DNA of 64,000 nt, taken from positions 496,001 through 560,000 of the forward strand of contig JAPMXV010000042.1 in the NCBI GenBank assembly GCA_026936335.1, written 5' to 3'. The first letter of the stretch is position 1, and each line of letters opens with the position of its first letter. Below are positions 50,101 to 58,721 of the stretch, piece after piece. The notes below the pieces were generated by a model. That model saw only the letters and a list, made by a program, of their open reading frames with translations. It searched no databases and was not told the DNA's origin. This stretch comes from Mantamonas sphyraenae STR306 (taxonomy: Eukaryota; Protista; CRuMs). Position numbers and translations under genes: made by a program.

Positions 50101-51746
50101 CCTTGCTCAAAGGCGTGTCCAACCTCCTCGAGCTGCAGTACTCCCCTTCGCTGACCAACTACACCAATTGCATCTGCAGCGACGGCTTCTTTGGCTTCCG
50201 CAACGTATGTCTGCCCTGCCCGACGTACCACCCGCGATGCAAGTGCTCCAATGGCACCATCAGTGGCTGTCGCGTCGTTCTGCGCCAAGCAAACCAGACA
50301 GAGCTCGACCCGCACAAGGACCGCATTGAACTTTGCCCCATGCTCAACGAAGCCTGTCCCGAAACTGCCCAGAACAACACAGCCCTGCAAGTATCGTGTG
50401 GTGAGCCCTACCGCGACAACTCACGCCTGTGCAGCTCGTGCCGACGTGGATTCTTCCGCCACGGTTTGGTCTGCTCCGAATGTGGGTCTTTCTTCTCCGA
50501 TGGCTGGCTGTTCCTTGTGCTCATCCCACTGCTGCTGGTGACCATTTGCTACGTGCTAGCCAAGCGCATGTTTGCCCCAGGGTCCAAGAAGGGCACCATG
50601 AAGATCCTCCTCTTTGCCCTGCAGGCAATGGGCATTCTCAAGTCGTCGCCCATTTCCCTGTTTGCCCTGAACACGAGCCGTGTGGCCGAGCCCATCAAAG
50701 AGTTTTGCAAGGGCATGCTGGACGCATCCACCTCGGTGGCCAACCTGTCGCCCAACTCCCTGCAGTGTATGCTGGACCACGGCCACGGCGAACCGTGGCT
50801 GACCGTGTTTCTCATCAACACGCTCACGCCCATTGCAGTCATTGTCCTCCTGTGTTTTGTCATCTATGCGTTGGCCTATCGCTACGCCAAACATTTGGTG
50901 GACACCACACAGCGCCTGCGTCAGTATGTGCTCGGCTTTCTCCTGTACTTGCTTACTCAGTTTGCCTATGCAGGCATCACCCTGCACAGCCTCAACAAAG
51001 TCGGCTGCAGCGACATCGAAGACCATGCCACCTACTTGGTCACCCTGCCCTTTGTCCAATGCGCCGGCGATGGCGTCGGCCAAGACTATCAGACGGCCCT
51101 GTCAGTCGCCTTGATCCTCATTGTCGTCGTCAGCATCGGCGTGCCCATTGCTGCCGGCTACGTATTGTATCGCATCAAAAGAGACGACCTCCTCGACGAC
51201 GAGGCTACCATCAATGCGTACGGTCATCTTTTTTGCTCCTACCGCAAAGAGGTTTGGTTCTACGAGTTGGTGCTGCTGGCGCGTCGCGCCTTGCTCTCCC
51301 TCATTGTCTCGTTTGTGCCCTTTGCCAACTACACGCTCTTTGCCACGCTCACCTCGCTCGTGCTCACGGGCTCCCTCTGGTTGCACCTTGTGGTGAAGCC
51401 GTTCAAGCGCGACCGCGACAACAGACTCGAGCAGGTCAGTCTGGGCATGCTGTTGACCACCTTCCTCTCCGGTTGCATTCTCTCGCTCAATGCACAACAC
51501 GACGATTTCATCGTGCCTGTCATCGCCATCGTCTCCTTTGTGCTGATTATTGTGGTGCTGATGGGTCTTTTTGCGACACATGTGTACGAAGTCGCACGAG
51601 TGTTCCAGGAGGGTGTGCGCAAGCACATCACCCGTCCGGCAAAGCGTGGCTCCATTGACACAGACAACCACACCTTTCCCGAGCGCCCTGCGCGCTCCGT
51701 GTCCCTCGATGTTCCCCTTCTGCAACAAGACTTTGCAGCGCGGTGA
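47148..51746 (+). CDS. LRR receptor: signal peptide, plant-RLK-type LRR ectodomain, Cys-rich linker, 7TM-like C-terminus
   Basis: N-cap CTYTGITC, LxxNxFxGxxP repeats, CICSDGFFG..C.PCP, CGEPYRDNSRLCSSCRRGFF, TMKILLFALQ, YGHLFCSYRKEVWFYELVLLARR, KPFKRDRDNRLE. Intronless ORF. Confidence 0.88.
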   Translation: MQHARYILVLGALLALCIPQASADQTAAVQQVLDGLQLPYNPAASVCTYTGITCTAGLVTSIQLHLPNTTTATQRTLHPAISQLANLTHFNLSRSQIHGAVPPLPVGLLSLDLSHNALTSLSTTHLRSLLALRHLDLSHNQLVVDINWPPTNETSTSGAGQHMFFDGMYALAYLDLSHNRIFGNLRSIRIESFIANAQLHTLNLAQNSLRDFADLVSNLPNLRTLNISRNSLSGTFFLEVRAASLLVLDVSQNRQILANINEVLLAVPNLQELHAAGTSFTGLLGVPFVHPIQVIDLEDADLGAVHPSIANMPNLRVLDLSANDAEGSIPSELTSLSKLELLHLDQNRFQGAFPPISNFPVLRNIHIGFNAFSSDINTVLVSPLSTQLQHINMSFNFFQGTFPKQLLDLPNLSVLFLGFNQLVGPLPQGPVKAPLRLVDLQSNQFTGSVPHALATVPTLNTVFLANNLLSGALPQGMFVRPESTENLQLEYRFDLSFNRLTVNPLPQIAESNIGRLSVRLRGNPFAPISIPDTPDWATDFTCINLDLGNTRLVGSVPASLAAAHMAVLDLSENRLEGVFPWASLRRPSSRAGIDASSCTLLSLVLSHNEHLEVPLQTTIHPFYGLVELRLDNVDLSKQTFETLWQQMDTQALRNISVAFSRIAGEVPQQLFRTDLLYADLSSSYLTVNIPTSNCSNSLAELNLLGTVMQGVVPFDQLSRSLESLVISPSLGSTITAEIPSFPRSGNPFLRLHTLRLTNIRTATGGMQFSFCSLFPNLRELDLSRTRINSPLSPCLSTLRFLQRLIVPDTGIYGCLPPLATTDLIQSLTAIDVSSNRLNCSTDELMSRLTRRQFAISDFVVRSPALQVFEVSDNQLHGNVAPLLQPLNWLQVVAANNPDINGELPSLPQSADYAKISLQGCRKITGDIPRSMRLLASLQQLDLRDTQVQHSGIPANMIESRQRIRTQANSLGGNQVKATDVFVDCPLLKGVSNLLELQYSPSLTNYTNCICSDGFFGFRNVCLPCPTYHPRCKCSNGTISGCRVVLRQANQTELDPHKDRIELCPMLNEACPETAQNNTALQVSCGEPYRDNSRLCSSCRRGFFRHGLVCSECGSFFSDGWLFLVLIPLLLVTICYVLAKRMFAPGSKKGTMKILLFALQAMGILKSSPISLFALNTSRVAEPIKEFCKGMLDASTSVANLSPNSLQCMLDHGHGEPWLTVFLINTLTPIAVIVLLCFVIYALAYRYAKHLVDTTQRLRQYVLGFLLYLLTQFAYAGITLHSLNKVGCSDIEDHATYLVTLPFVQCAGDGVGQDYQTALSVALILIVVVSIGVPIAAGYVLYRIKRDDLLDDEATINAYGHLFCSYRKEVWFYELVLLARRALLSLIVSFVPFANYTLFATLTSLVLTGSLWLHLVVKPFKRDRDNRLEQVSLGMLLTTFLSGCILSLNAQHDDFIVPVIAIVSFVLIIVVLMGLFATHVYEVARVFQEGVRKHITRPAKRGSIDTDNHTFPERPARSVSLDVPLLQQDFAAR

Positions 51747-51832
51747 GGCGTGGACACGGCAAAATACACAACAGAAACCCCCAATTTGTACGTGCACACC
51801 CTGTGTCTATTGCCAATGAGAGAATGAGAAGC

Positions 51833-54820
51833 TCACGTTGCTGCAAACACGCATACTTGCTTGTCGGCCCCACAGCTGGCAAACACATCGGCGACGGGAT
51901 TCCACTCCACCTGGACCACCTTGCCCTTGTGGCTGTCCAACCGCTGCAGTACCTCGCTCTTGTATGCGTCGCTGAGGTGAACCATACCGTCGTAGGAAGC
52001 GGACAACAAGCGGGAACCTTTCAAGTCCACACCGCGGACTTGATCGGTGTGCGAGGTGTGACGAGCGGAGATCTGCCAACGGTCCACGTCCAGCATGCAT
52101 GTCTCTCCAGAGAGAAGGCCACAGGCCAGATGTTTACCACGTTCGTCGAGGCTAATGCTGGACACGGAGCCGCCCACCTCGTCGAAAGTTCGCACTGCAG
52201 AGGATTGACGGATGTCCCAGAAGCGGATTGTGCCGTCTTCAGAGCCGGACACGAGCATATTTGGGTCGGCTGCAGACGATCCACTGGCAGCGCGGATGGA
52301 AAATACGGCCTGCTGATGCCCAGCCATGATCCGCACCAGAGACGCTTTCTCGACGTCCCAAAGGCGCAGCGAGAAGTCTCCAGCCCCGGCAGAGACCAAC
52401 ATAGAGGTCGATGTAGCGTCTGAAGTGAACTGCAGGTCGCGAATTGTGCCTTGGTCCCGTGCGTCGAGGAGAACATCGCTGGACTTTGGTGCAGCTCGCT
52501 CGTCGTCCACCAAGTACGGGGTAAGACGCACCGTCTGGTCGTTTGAACCCGTGGCAATAAGAGAGGACGAAGGGTGCCAACGGACAGCGTACACAGAGCC
52601 AAGGTGGTGCTTCTTGCGCTTCACAAGCATGTGCATGCCACGCTCGGCAACCTCGTTGAAGACACTGCTTGTGTACACCAGCAGGCACTTGGAGTTGGTT
52701 CCAATGGCCAGTCGAGTGCCCGATGCATCAAAATCCAGTGCACGTACAGCCTGGTCGTCCGTGATGCTGGCGTGGAGAGTGTATGTCGATGAGGCCGCCG
52801 CTTTGGATGGTGTCTTGGACGACGAGGATTGCGACGACGAGTGAGCCTCACTGCTGCTGTCAATGGACGTTCCCACCACATGCATCTTGTCGTAGAGCCA
52901 CTTGTTGAACTCGTCCTGCTCTTCTTTGGTCGTTAGCGGCTTTTTGCCCTTGCCGTTGGATTTGGGCTTGACCTGATTCGCCTTGCCCTTCGTTTGCTTC
53001 TTGCCCACAAGTCGCTTTGTCGATTTCCCCTTTTTGCCCACATTGCGCTTCTTCGGCCGCCCTGATTGCATCGCATCTCCGCCAGAGGCTTTCACAACGA
53101 CTGGCACAGGCACAGCCGATCCTGGCTCTTGCGCAACTGCCCTGCTCAGCCCATCAATGCTGTCTTCGGCCATGTCCAGCGGAAGGTCCAGATTGCGAAA
53201 CACATCTGCTCCGTCGTCTTCATCAGAGGCTGTGTCAGATTCGTGGGAATCCACGTCGTCGTCATCATCCCCCACCACGTCTTCCTCGCCTTCTTCATCT
53301 TCTTCCTCTTCTTCTTCCTCGTCCACTGTGAGCTCTACGTCTTCCTTTGCAGTCTGGGCATCCTGCAGTGCACCTGGTGTGGTTTGTTCGGCCCCGTTGG
53401 TGGGCATTCCGCGTGGGGTGTCTGTCTGCACAGCTGAATCTGTGCTCATGCTTGTCACACCAAACGAGGTGTATTGGCCCTGGTGATGCTGTTGCTGATG
53501 TTGTTGCTGATGCTGATGCTGGTTGTACTGTGTGCTGAGTGTTTGTGTCAACGCGGCCTGTTGTTGCTGCTGCCAGAGCATGTCGTACATGTGTTGCTGT
53601 CGTTGCATCTCCCATTGCTGAGATCTTTGTTGATGCCCTGCGTCACGCCATGCGTTTGAGGTGGTGTTGGGACCGTTGGAACTGCGGTCGATGCCGTCTG
53701 AGGGTATGGTCCACGCCACACCTTTGCCGCCGGGACTGCGTGTCAGTTGTGCCAGCGCTGAACTGTTGACGTATCGCTTGCGTGCATTGCTTTCTTTCCC
53801 GATGTGCAGGTTGGCGGCAGTAGCACGGCGAGAGGAGGAGGAGGAGGAGGACAACGACGACGACGTCGAAGTCCACGCCTGCTTGCGGTTCTGCACACGG
53901 CTGACGTCCCACTGAGGCTCCTGGGAGCGTGACGGAGATCCATTGTTACTTTCATGGCCCGAAGCACTGCCAGACTGCTGGTCAAACACGCTGAGGAAGG
54001 AAAAGTGATCGTTTGCCTGTGGCTTGCTCTGCGGTGAGTCGTCCGAGGTGTGCAGAGGCTGCTCAGGGGACACTGTGCGTTCGACCGTGCTGCTTGACGG
54101 TGACACCACCGACTGTTTAGGACTGGTGAGCAGCGGTAGGTTGCTGTGAGATGTGGACGTGCTGGAGGAGACGAGATCGGTGAGCAGGCTGACGGCTGAA
54201 ACGTTGTCGCGCTCGTCAACAATCCCCCGCTGAGAATAATGGATGGAAAGTTGGTACACGATTGCCTGGCGCAATAGTTGAAGCAGGCGATTCGGTTCAC
54301 ACAAATGGGTGGTGGAGTTGGACGCGAGGAGGATTGGGGAGAGAAGTGAGCTGCAACGCGTCCACGTTTGCCGTCGTCCTTCGTGTACAGTCCACGAAGA
54401 GAAGTGTGGGTGTGATTGGATGGAAGGAAGAGTAATAAGGTAGCACAGGGTAGAAAACTCTTCCGGTGTGGCCATGCTTTCGAGCTGCTTGAGCTCGTCG
54501 ACGAGCGTCAAAACGGCTGAGCTGATGTTTGCGCGAGAAAGCAGCTCGAGGAATTTTTGCCTGCGCACGAGGTACAGCACCTGGTTGAGGTCGGACTGGT
54601 GCTTGGTCGACGACGGCAGAGCCAGAATCAGCTGCTGGAGCTGGTCATACTTGCCGGCCAGGGCCAGGTCGCCCAGCTGTTGCAGGTCGCGCTGAGACGA
54701 GTCCCAGTCAAACGCTGCCTCCTGCTGCAGGCACTCCATGGTTTTGTACAGCTGCTGCTGACGCAAAAAGTCCAGAATGAGGACAAAGACCTCGTCCAGT
54801 TCAAGCTGAACGCGCACCAT
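51833..54820 (-). CDS. WDR47: WDR47-like LisH-CTLH + WD40 microtubule/ciliary protein
   Basis: LisH EVFVLILDFLRQQQLYKTMECLQQE, CTLH, and WD40 block DQAVRALDF...AIGTNSK, KRKKHHLGSVYAVRW, ATGSNDQ, GTIRDLQF, LVSAGAGD. Confidence 0.87.
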   Translation of the reverse strand: MVRVQLELDEVFVLILDFLRQQQLYKTMECLQQEAAFDWDSSQRDLQQLGDLALAGKYDQLQQLILALPSSTKHQSDLNQVLYLVRRQKFLELLSRANISSAVLTLVDELKQLESMATPEEFSTLCYLITLPSIQSHPHFSSWTVHEGRRQTWTRCSSLLSPILLASNSTTHLCEPNRLLQLLRQAIVYQLSIHYSQRGIVDERDNVSAVSLLTDLVSSSTSTSHSNLPLLTSPKQSVVSPSSSTVERTVSPEQPLHTSDDSPQSKPQANDHFSFLSVFDQQSGSASGHESNNGSPSRSQEPQWDVSRVQNRKQAWTSTSSSLSSSSSSSRRATAANLHIGKESNARKRYVNSSALAQLTRSPGGKGVAWTIPSDGIDRSSNGPNTTSNAWRDAGHQQRSQQWEMQRQQHMYDMLWQQQQQAALTQTLSTQYNQHQHQQQHQQQHHQGQYTSFGVTSMSTDSAVQTDTPRGMPTNGAEQTTPGALQDAQTAKEDVELTVDEEEEEEEDEEGEEDVVGDDDDDVDSHESDTASDEDDGADVFRNLDLPLDMAEDSIDGLSRAVAQEPGSAVPVPVVVKASGGDAMQSGRPKKRNVGKKGKSTKRLVGKKQTKGKANQVKPKSNGKGKKPLTTKEEQDEFNKWLYDKMHVVGTSIDSSSEAHSSSQSSSSKTPSKAAASSTYTLHASITDDQAVRALDFDASGTRLAIGTNSKCLLVYTSSVFNEVAERGMHMLVKRKKHHLGSVYAVRWHPSSSLIATGSNDQTVRLTPYLVDDERAAPKSSDVLLDARDQGTIRDLQFTSDATSTSMLVSAGAGDFSLRLWDVEKASLVRIMAGHQQAVFSIRAASGSSAADPNMLVSGSEDGTIRFWDIRQSSAVRTFDEVGGSVSSISLDERGKHLACGLLSGETCMLDVDRWQISARHTSHTDQVRGVDLKGSRLLSASYDGMVHLSDAYKSEVLQRLDSHKGKVVQVEWNPVADVFASCGADKQVCVFAAT

Positions 54821-55023
54821 GGTTTCGTGAGTGGTGCGGCTTACAGTAGTTTCGTTTTTGTGCAGCCCATTGGGCACAGGTGACCAAGATGCAGTGTGCT
54901 GCAAAGGGGGGAATGGAAACAGAGAGGCAGTGTTGCCAAGCATTGATGTGTATTCTGTTTGCCATTTGCTGAGGAATGCTGCCCGACCGTTCCGGTCAGG
55001 GGAAACACAGTGTGCTGCCGACT

Positions 55024-55061
55024 GTGTGTGCGTGTGCGTGTGCGTGTGTGTGTGTGTGTGT
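55024..55061. repeat. (TG)n/(TGTGCG)n microsatellite between the small Tim and WDR47
   Basis: Read directly. Confidence 0.85.
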
Positions 55062-55110
55062 AGTTGTGTGTGGTTTGATCCACCGATGCAGCGGGTGATG
55101 TACAGCGACC

Positions 55111-55359
55111 TTACTCGCTGGAAGCGGCACCGGCACGGAGGCGCTCCTGGACGACCTCAAAAGTGTCGATGTAGCGGTTGACACAGTTCTGGAGGCAGTC
55201 GACCTGGCTGTTGGACAGCTCATCGGAGTACTTGCCGTTCATGCAACGGGTGTAGCACTTGTCGGTGATGTTGAGGTACGAGCGGAACATCTGCAGCTGC
55301 TGCTCAGTGCGCTGCGCATAGTCCTGCAGCTCGGCCATTGTTTGCTGATCCATGCTCAT
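55111..55359 (-). CDS. Small Tim chaperone (Tim8/13-like, twin CX3C); probable 5'UTR intron 55361-55608
   Basis: ITDKCYTRC...ELSNSQVDCLQNCVNRYIDT. A GTACGT..CTCAC..TTACAG intron ends 1 nt before the ATG. Confidence 0.88.
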   Translation of the reverse strand: MSMDQQTMAELQDYAQRTEQQLQMFRSYLNITDKCYTRCMNGKYSDELSNSQVDCLQNCVNRYIDTFEVVQERLRAGAASSE

Positions 55360-55784
55360 TCTGTAAGGAGGACATGCGGTTGTGGTGCGTGGGGAGACGG
55401 GACGACGAGCAGGGTGGTGAACGGTGTGAGCAGGCGGCCGAAAGCAGATTGGCGACGTCGGCTGATTTTCCTCGCATGCAACCGCAGCGCATGAGAAAGG
55501 ACAGAGAGGCATGCTATCCTCACCACACACACAGGTACAGTGTGCAATGCATGCGTGGAGCGGCCTTGGCCAGTGGCAAATGTGTGCAAGGACGCTGTGG
55601 ACACGTACGTGGGCGAGGTGTTTGGTGTCGGAGAAGGGGTGCCAGAGCGTGCGCAGGTGCCCGAGCCAGAACGAGAGAGAAAGCTCAAGCCCAACACATG
55701 GCTGCTTCATGCACCCAGCATATCTTCAAGACGATCAAGGGGCACTTGGCCAAGAGGTGGTGACGTGTATTTACATGGGCTCTT

Positions 55785-56057
55785 TCAGCTGCTGTTGCGT
55801 TGCGAAACAAAGAGGTAGGTGTCGACCATGCGCAGAGCACAGTTCTGCACACAACGCGCCTGTTCGTCGCTGATGGTGCTGCCTTCCACGTAGCCCGTGT
55901 CCGTAAACTCCAGATCGGCCTTGAGGCAGGTGTCAAAGCACGACTTTGTCACTCGGTGCACAAGCGGAACGTCGCGCAGTTTCGCCTGCTCCTCCTCTAC
56001 CACCTGGCGGATCTGCATCTGGTCGTCCTGGGTCAAGTTGCTCGGTGGCTGTTGCAT
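55785..56057 (-). CDS. Small Tim chaperone (Tim8-like, twin CX3C)
   Basis: EEEQAKLR...VHRVTKSCFDTC...EQARCVQNCALRMVDTYLFV. Confidence 0.85.
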   Translation of the reverse strand: MQQPPSNLTQDDQMQIRQVVEEEQAKLRDVPLVHRVTKSCFDTCLKADLEFTDTGYVEGSTISDEQARCVQNCALRMVDTYLFVSQRNSS

Positions 56058-56152
56058 GTGGGACTCAAAGCTACCGCGTGTCGATGTGTGTGCTTGTGTC
56101 CGTGTGCGCAATCGCAACGCCACCCCAAACATCCCAAACGACAACAGCGGCA

Positions 56153-57242
56153 ATGAGCAGCACAGACGACAACAACAAAGGAGACGTTGACAGCGTGGAT
56201 GAGATCGATGTGTCTGGAGACGGCGGTGTCATGAAGAAGATCCTGCGTGCAGGCAACGGCAGCGAGTATCCGCAGACGGGCGACAAGGTCACTGGTAAGT
56301 TTGGGGGGCAGGCGTCCCTGCAGCCTTCGTGGACGAATGCTCGAGGACGATTGATACCACAAGTGTGGATTTGCACACAGCAAAACATGCAGGGTGGGTG
56401 TGCACGAGTGACACCCACCCTAGCCCAGTGGGCGGAAATTCCGCAACTGACACGACAACAACCACACACGTGTAGTCCACTACACGGGCACCCTGCTGGA
56501 CGGATCCAAGTTCGACTCGTCGGTGGACCGCAACACCCCCTTCGAGTTTGATCTGGGCAAGGGCTCGGTGATCAAGGGATGGGATTTGGGTGTGGCAACC
56601 ATGAGTGTCGGCGAGAAGAGCGTGCTGACCTGCACGGCAGACTACGCCTACGGAGAGAGAGGCTCCCCTCCCAAGATTCCGGCGCATGCTACACTGCAAT
56701 TTGAGGTGGAGCTGCTGGACTTTGACACGGACGACTTTACCGTGCTGGGCGAAACGGGCACCAACGACGATGTGCTCGCTCGTGCAGAGGACCGCAAGGC
56801 CAAGGGCAACGCCTTGGTCAAAGCTGGAGACTACCTTCGCGCAGTGAACCAGTACACACGGGCCATTGAGGTCATGAAGGTGTACTGCCACGACCTGGAC
56901 GCTGAAACACAGGCCCGTGCGGAGGACATCGAGTGCAAATGCCATGCCAACTCTGCCATGTGCCACCTCAAGCTGGAGCAGTTTGAAAAGGCAGTTCAGA
57001 GTGCCAACAACACCCTGCGACTGGATGCCAACAACGTCAAGGGTGCTTATCGCCTCGGCATGGCCTACACCGCACTCGGAAACTGGTCTGGAGCCACCAA
57101 GGCCTTCCAGCTGGCACTGTCCCTGGACCCGGACAACAACGCAGCCAAGAAGGAGTTGCGTAAGGTGGAACGCCTGTACAAGAAGGAAAAGGCGGAGGAA
57201 GAGTCGTTGATGGCCGACATGATGAGCGGGCTGCTCGGCTGA
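56153..57242 (+). CDS. FKBP-type peptidyl-prolyl isomerase with TPR domain; intron 56295-56475
   Basis: [14 protein letters not shown]|[47 protein letters not shown]; TPR motifs KAKGN...N.AMCHLKL...NVKGAYR. Confidence 0.93.
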
Positions 57243-57277
57243 AGCAGCAACCAATGGAGACTTGTGACTGCATGGTT

Positions 57278-57856
57278 TTACCTCCACACATCCTCCCACA
57301 TCTTTTGCACATACTCCCATGCGTTTTGGACGTCGATCATGGTCAATGGGATGGATGGAAGCTCGTCCAGCGAGACGTTTGCAAGGGGAAGGTCAAGATC
57401 AAAGACCTGGGCGGCTGCAAGCAGAGCCAGAGGACCCAGAATGGTCGTGCGCCGCACAAACTTGTATCGACGTGCTGATTTCTCCATGGCACGCAGTTGG
57501 GTGCCGTTGACCGTCTTGATGCCGACGGTGAGGCAGCGCGGGGAAAAGTCGGACGTCGTGACAAAGATGCCTCGCGAGGGCGAGATGCCGTTGAGAAGAA
57601 GCACTTGCTTGAACTTGGCCACGTCGTGGAAGGGTACTTTGTTTGCATAGTTCTTGCATTCCACGTAGTGTCTCCGGAAGACGCCGAACTGGACATCGAT
57701 CTGCGAGCGGTTGCCAAACTTGTCGCACAGCGTCACGTCGTGCTTGACATTCCACTTGCCCATGTTGCGATACATCCGCAGGACTCGTCGCTCAAGTTGA
57801 AGGCCACGCGCACGTGCGCGCTCGCCTTGCTGGCGCCGGGCGCGTTTCGAGGACAT
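57278..57856 (-). CDS. Mrr-like (type IV restriction endonuclease fold) PD-(D/E)xK nuclease with C-terminal hydrophobic segment
   Basis: GLQLERRV...SQIDV...YVECKNY..KVP..DVAKF...RGIFVTTSDFS...I..VNG..L is the Mrr_cat motif order. Confidence 0.8.
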   Translation of the reverse strand: MSSKRARRQQGERARARGLQLERRVLRMYRNMGKWNVKHDVTLCDKFGNRSQIDVQFGVFRRHYVECKNYANKVPFHDVAKFKQVLLLNGISPSRGIFVTTSDFSPRCLTVGIKTVNGTQLRAMEKSARRYKFVRRTTILGPLALLAAAQVFDLDLPLANVSLDELPSIPLTMIDVQNAWEYVQKMWEDVWR

Positions 57857-57901
57857 CGCTGTGTGCCCCAGCGCACGCATCCAAACCTCACGGTCACGTC
57901 C

Positions 57902-58721
57902 ATGGACGACAACGAGCTTCGCCTCGTCGTTGCCGCGCGCAAACGTAAACGGGACTCGATCATGAGTGACGAGGAGCTTGAGGAGCACTTTGCCAGATTG
58001 GTTCAGGCCGAGGAGGCAAAGCGACAGCGTGTGGAGGATACGGGACTCGTACAGTTGCATATGAGCCGCAAGGAGGTTGGTTATGCAGATTAGAGGGGTT
58101 TTTGGCGTCATGCACGGTATCTGACACAGAAGCGAGCAGTTGGACGACAGGATAGCTCGGTTCGTTCGGCAAAAACGCGACATGGTGGATGAAAGCAACC
58201 GGGTGGAGTTTCTCGAGCAAGTGAGCGAACGTATGGCCCATTGTGCACGTGTGGACGCGAAGCGTGTGGATCGCAAGCAGCAAGTGCGCATGTACGCGGC
58301 GGAAAGCGCTTCCGAGGCTGTGAGCGAGCGTCTGCAACGGCTGGAGGAGCACGTGAACCTGACTGCCGTGCCCAAAGATGTTTATGCGCGACTTGCCGCT
58401 CTCGAGGACCGTGTTCTGAGGATTGAGGAGCAGGCAGCGGTGTTGATCACCACGTCGGCAAAGTACTACGCGCGGCAGCACAGCAGGGCGCTGTTGCTGG
58501 TGGACCGCAACAGCGAGGCATCCCAAGAATACGCGGAGCAAGTGAGAGCACGCAGTGAGGCGGAAACCATGCGCTTGAGTGACATTCCTGTGATCCGTGC
58601 CGCCCAAAGCGGCACACCGAACACTTTGCAACTCGACGCACGCATCCAGGAGCTTCAGAGCCAGCTACGCCAGTCCTCCTCACACACCCACACCCACATG
58701 CCAGAAAATGCATCAGGCTGA
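57902..58721 (+). CDS. MBIP: MBIP-like protein (ATAC complex subunit); intron 58076-58139
   Basis: VQLHMSRKE|LDDRIARFVRQKRDMVDESNRVEF...CARVDA...VSERLQRLEEHV...VPKDVYARLAALEDRVLRIE matches MBIP conserved blocks. Confidence 0.82.
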
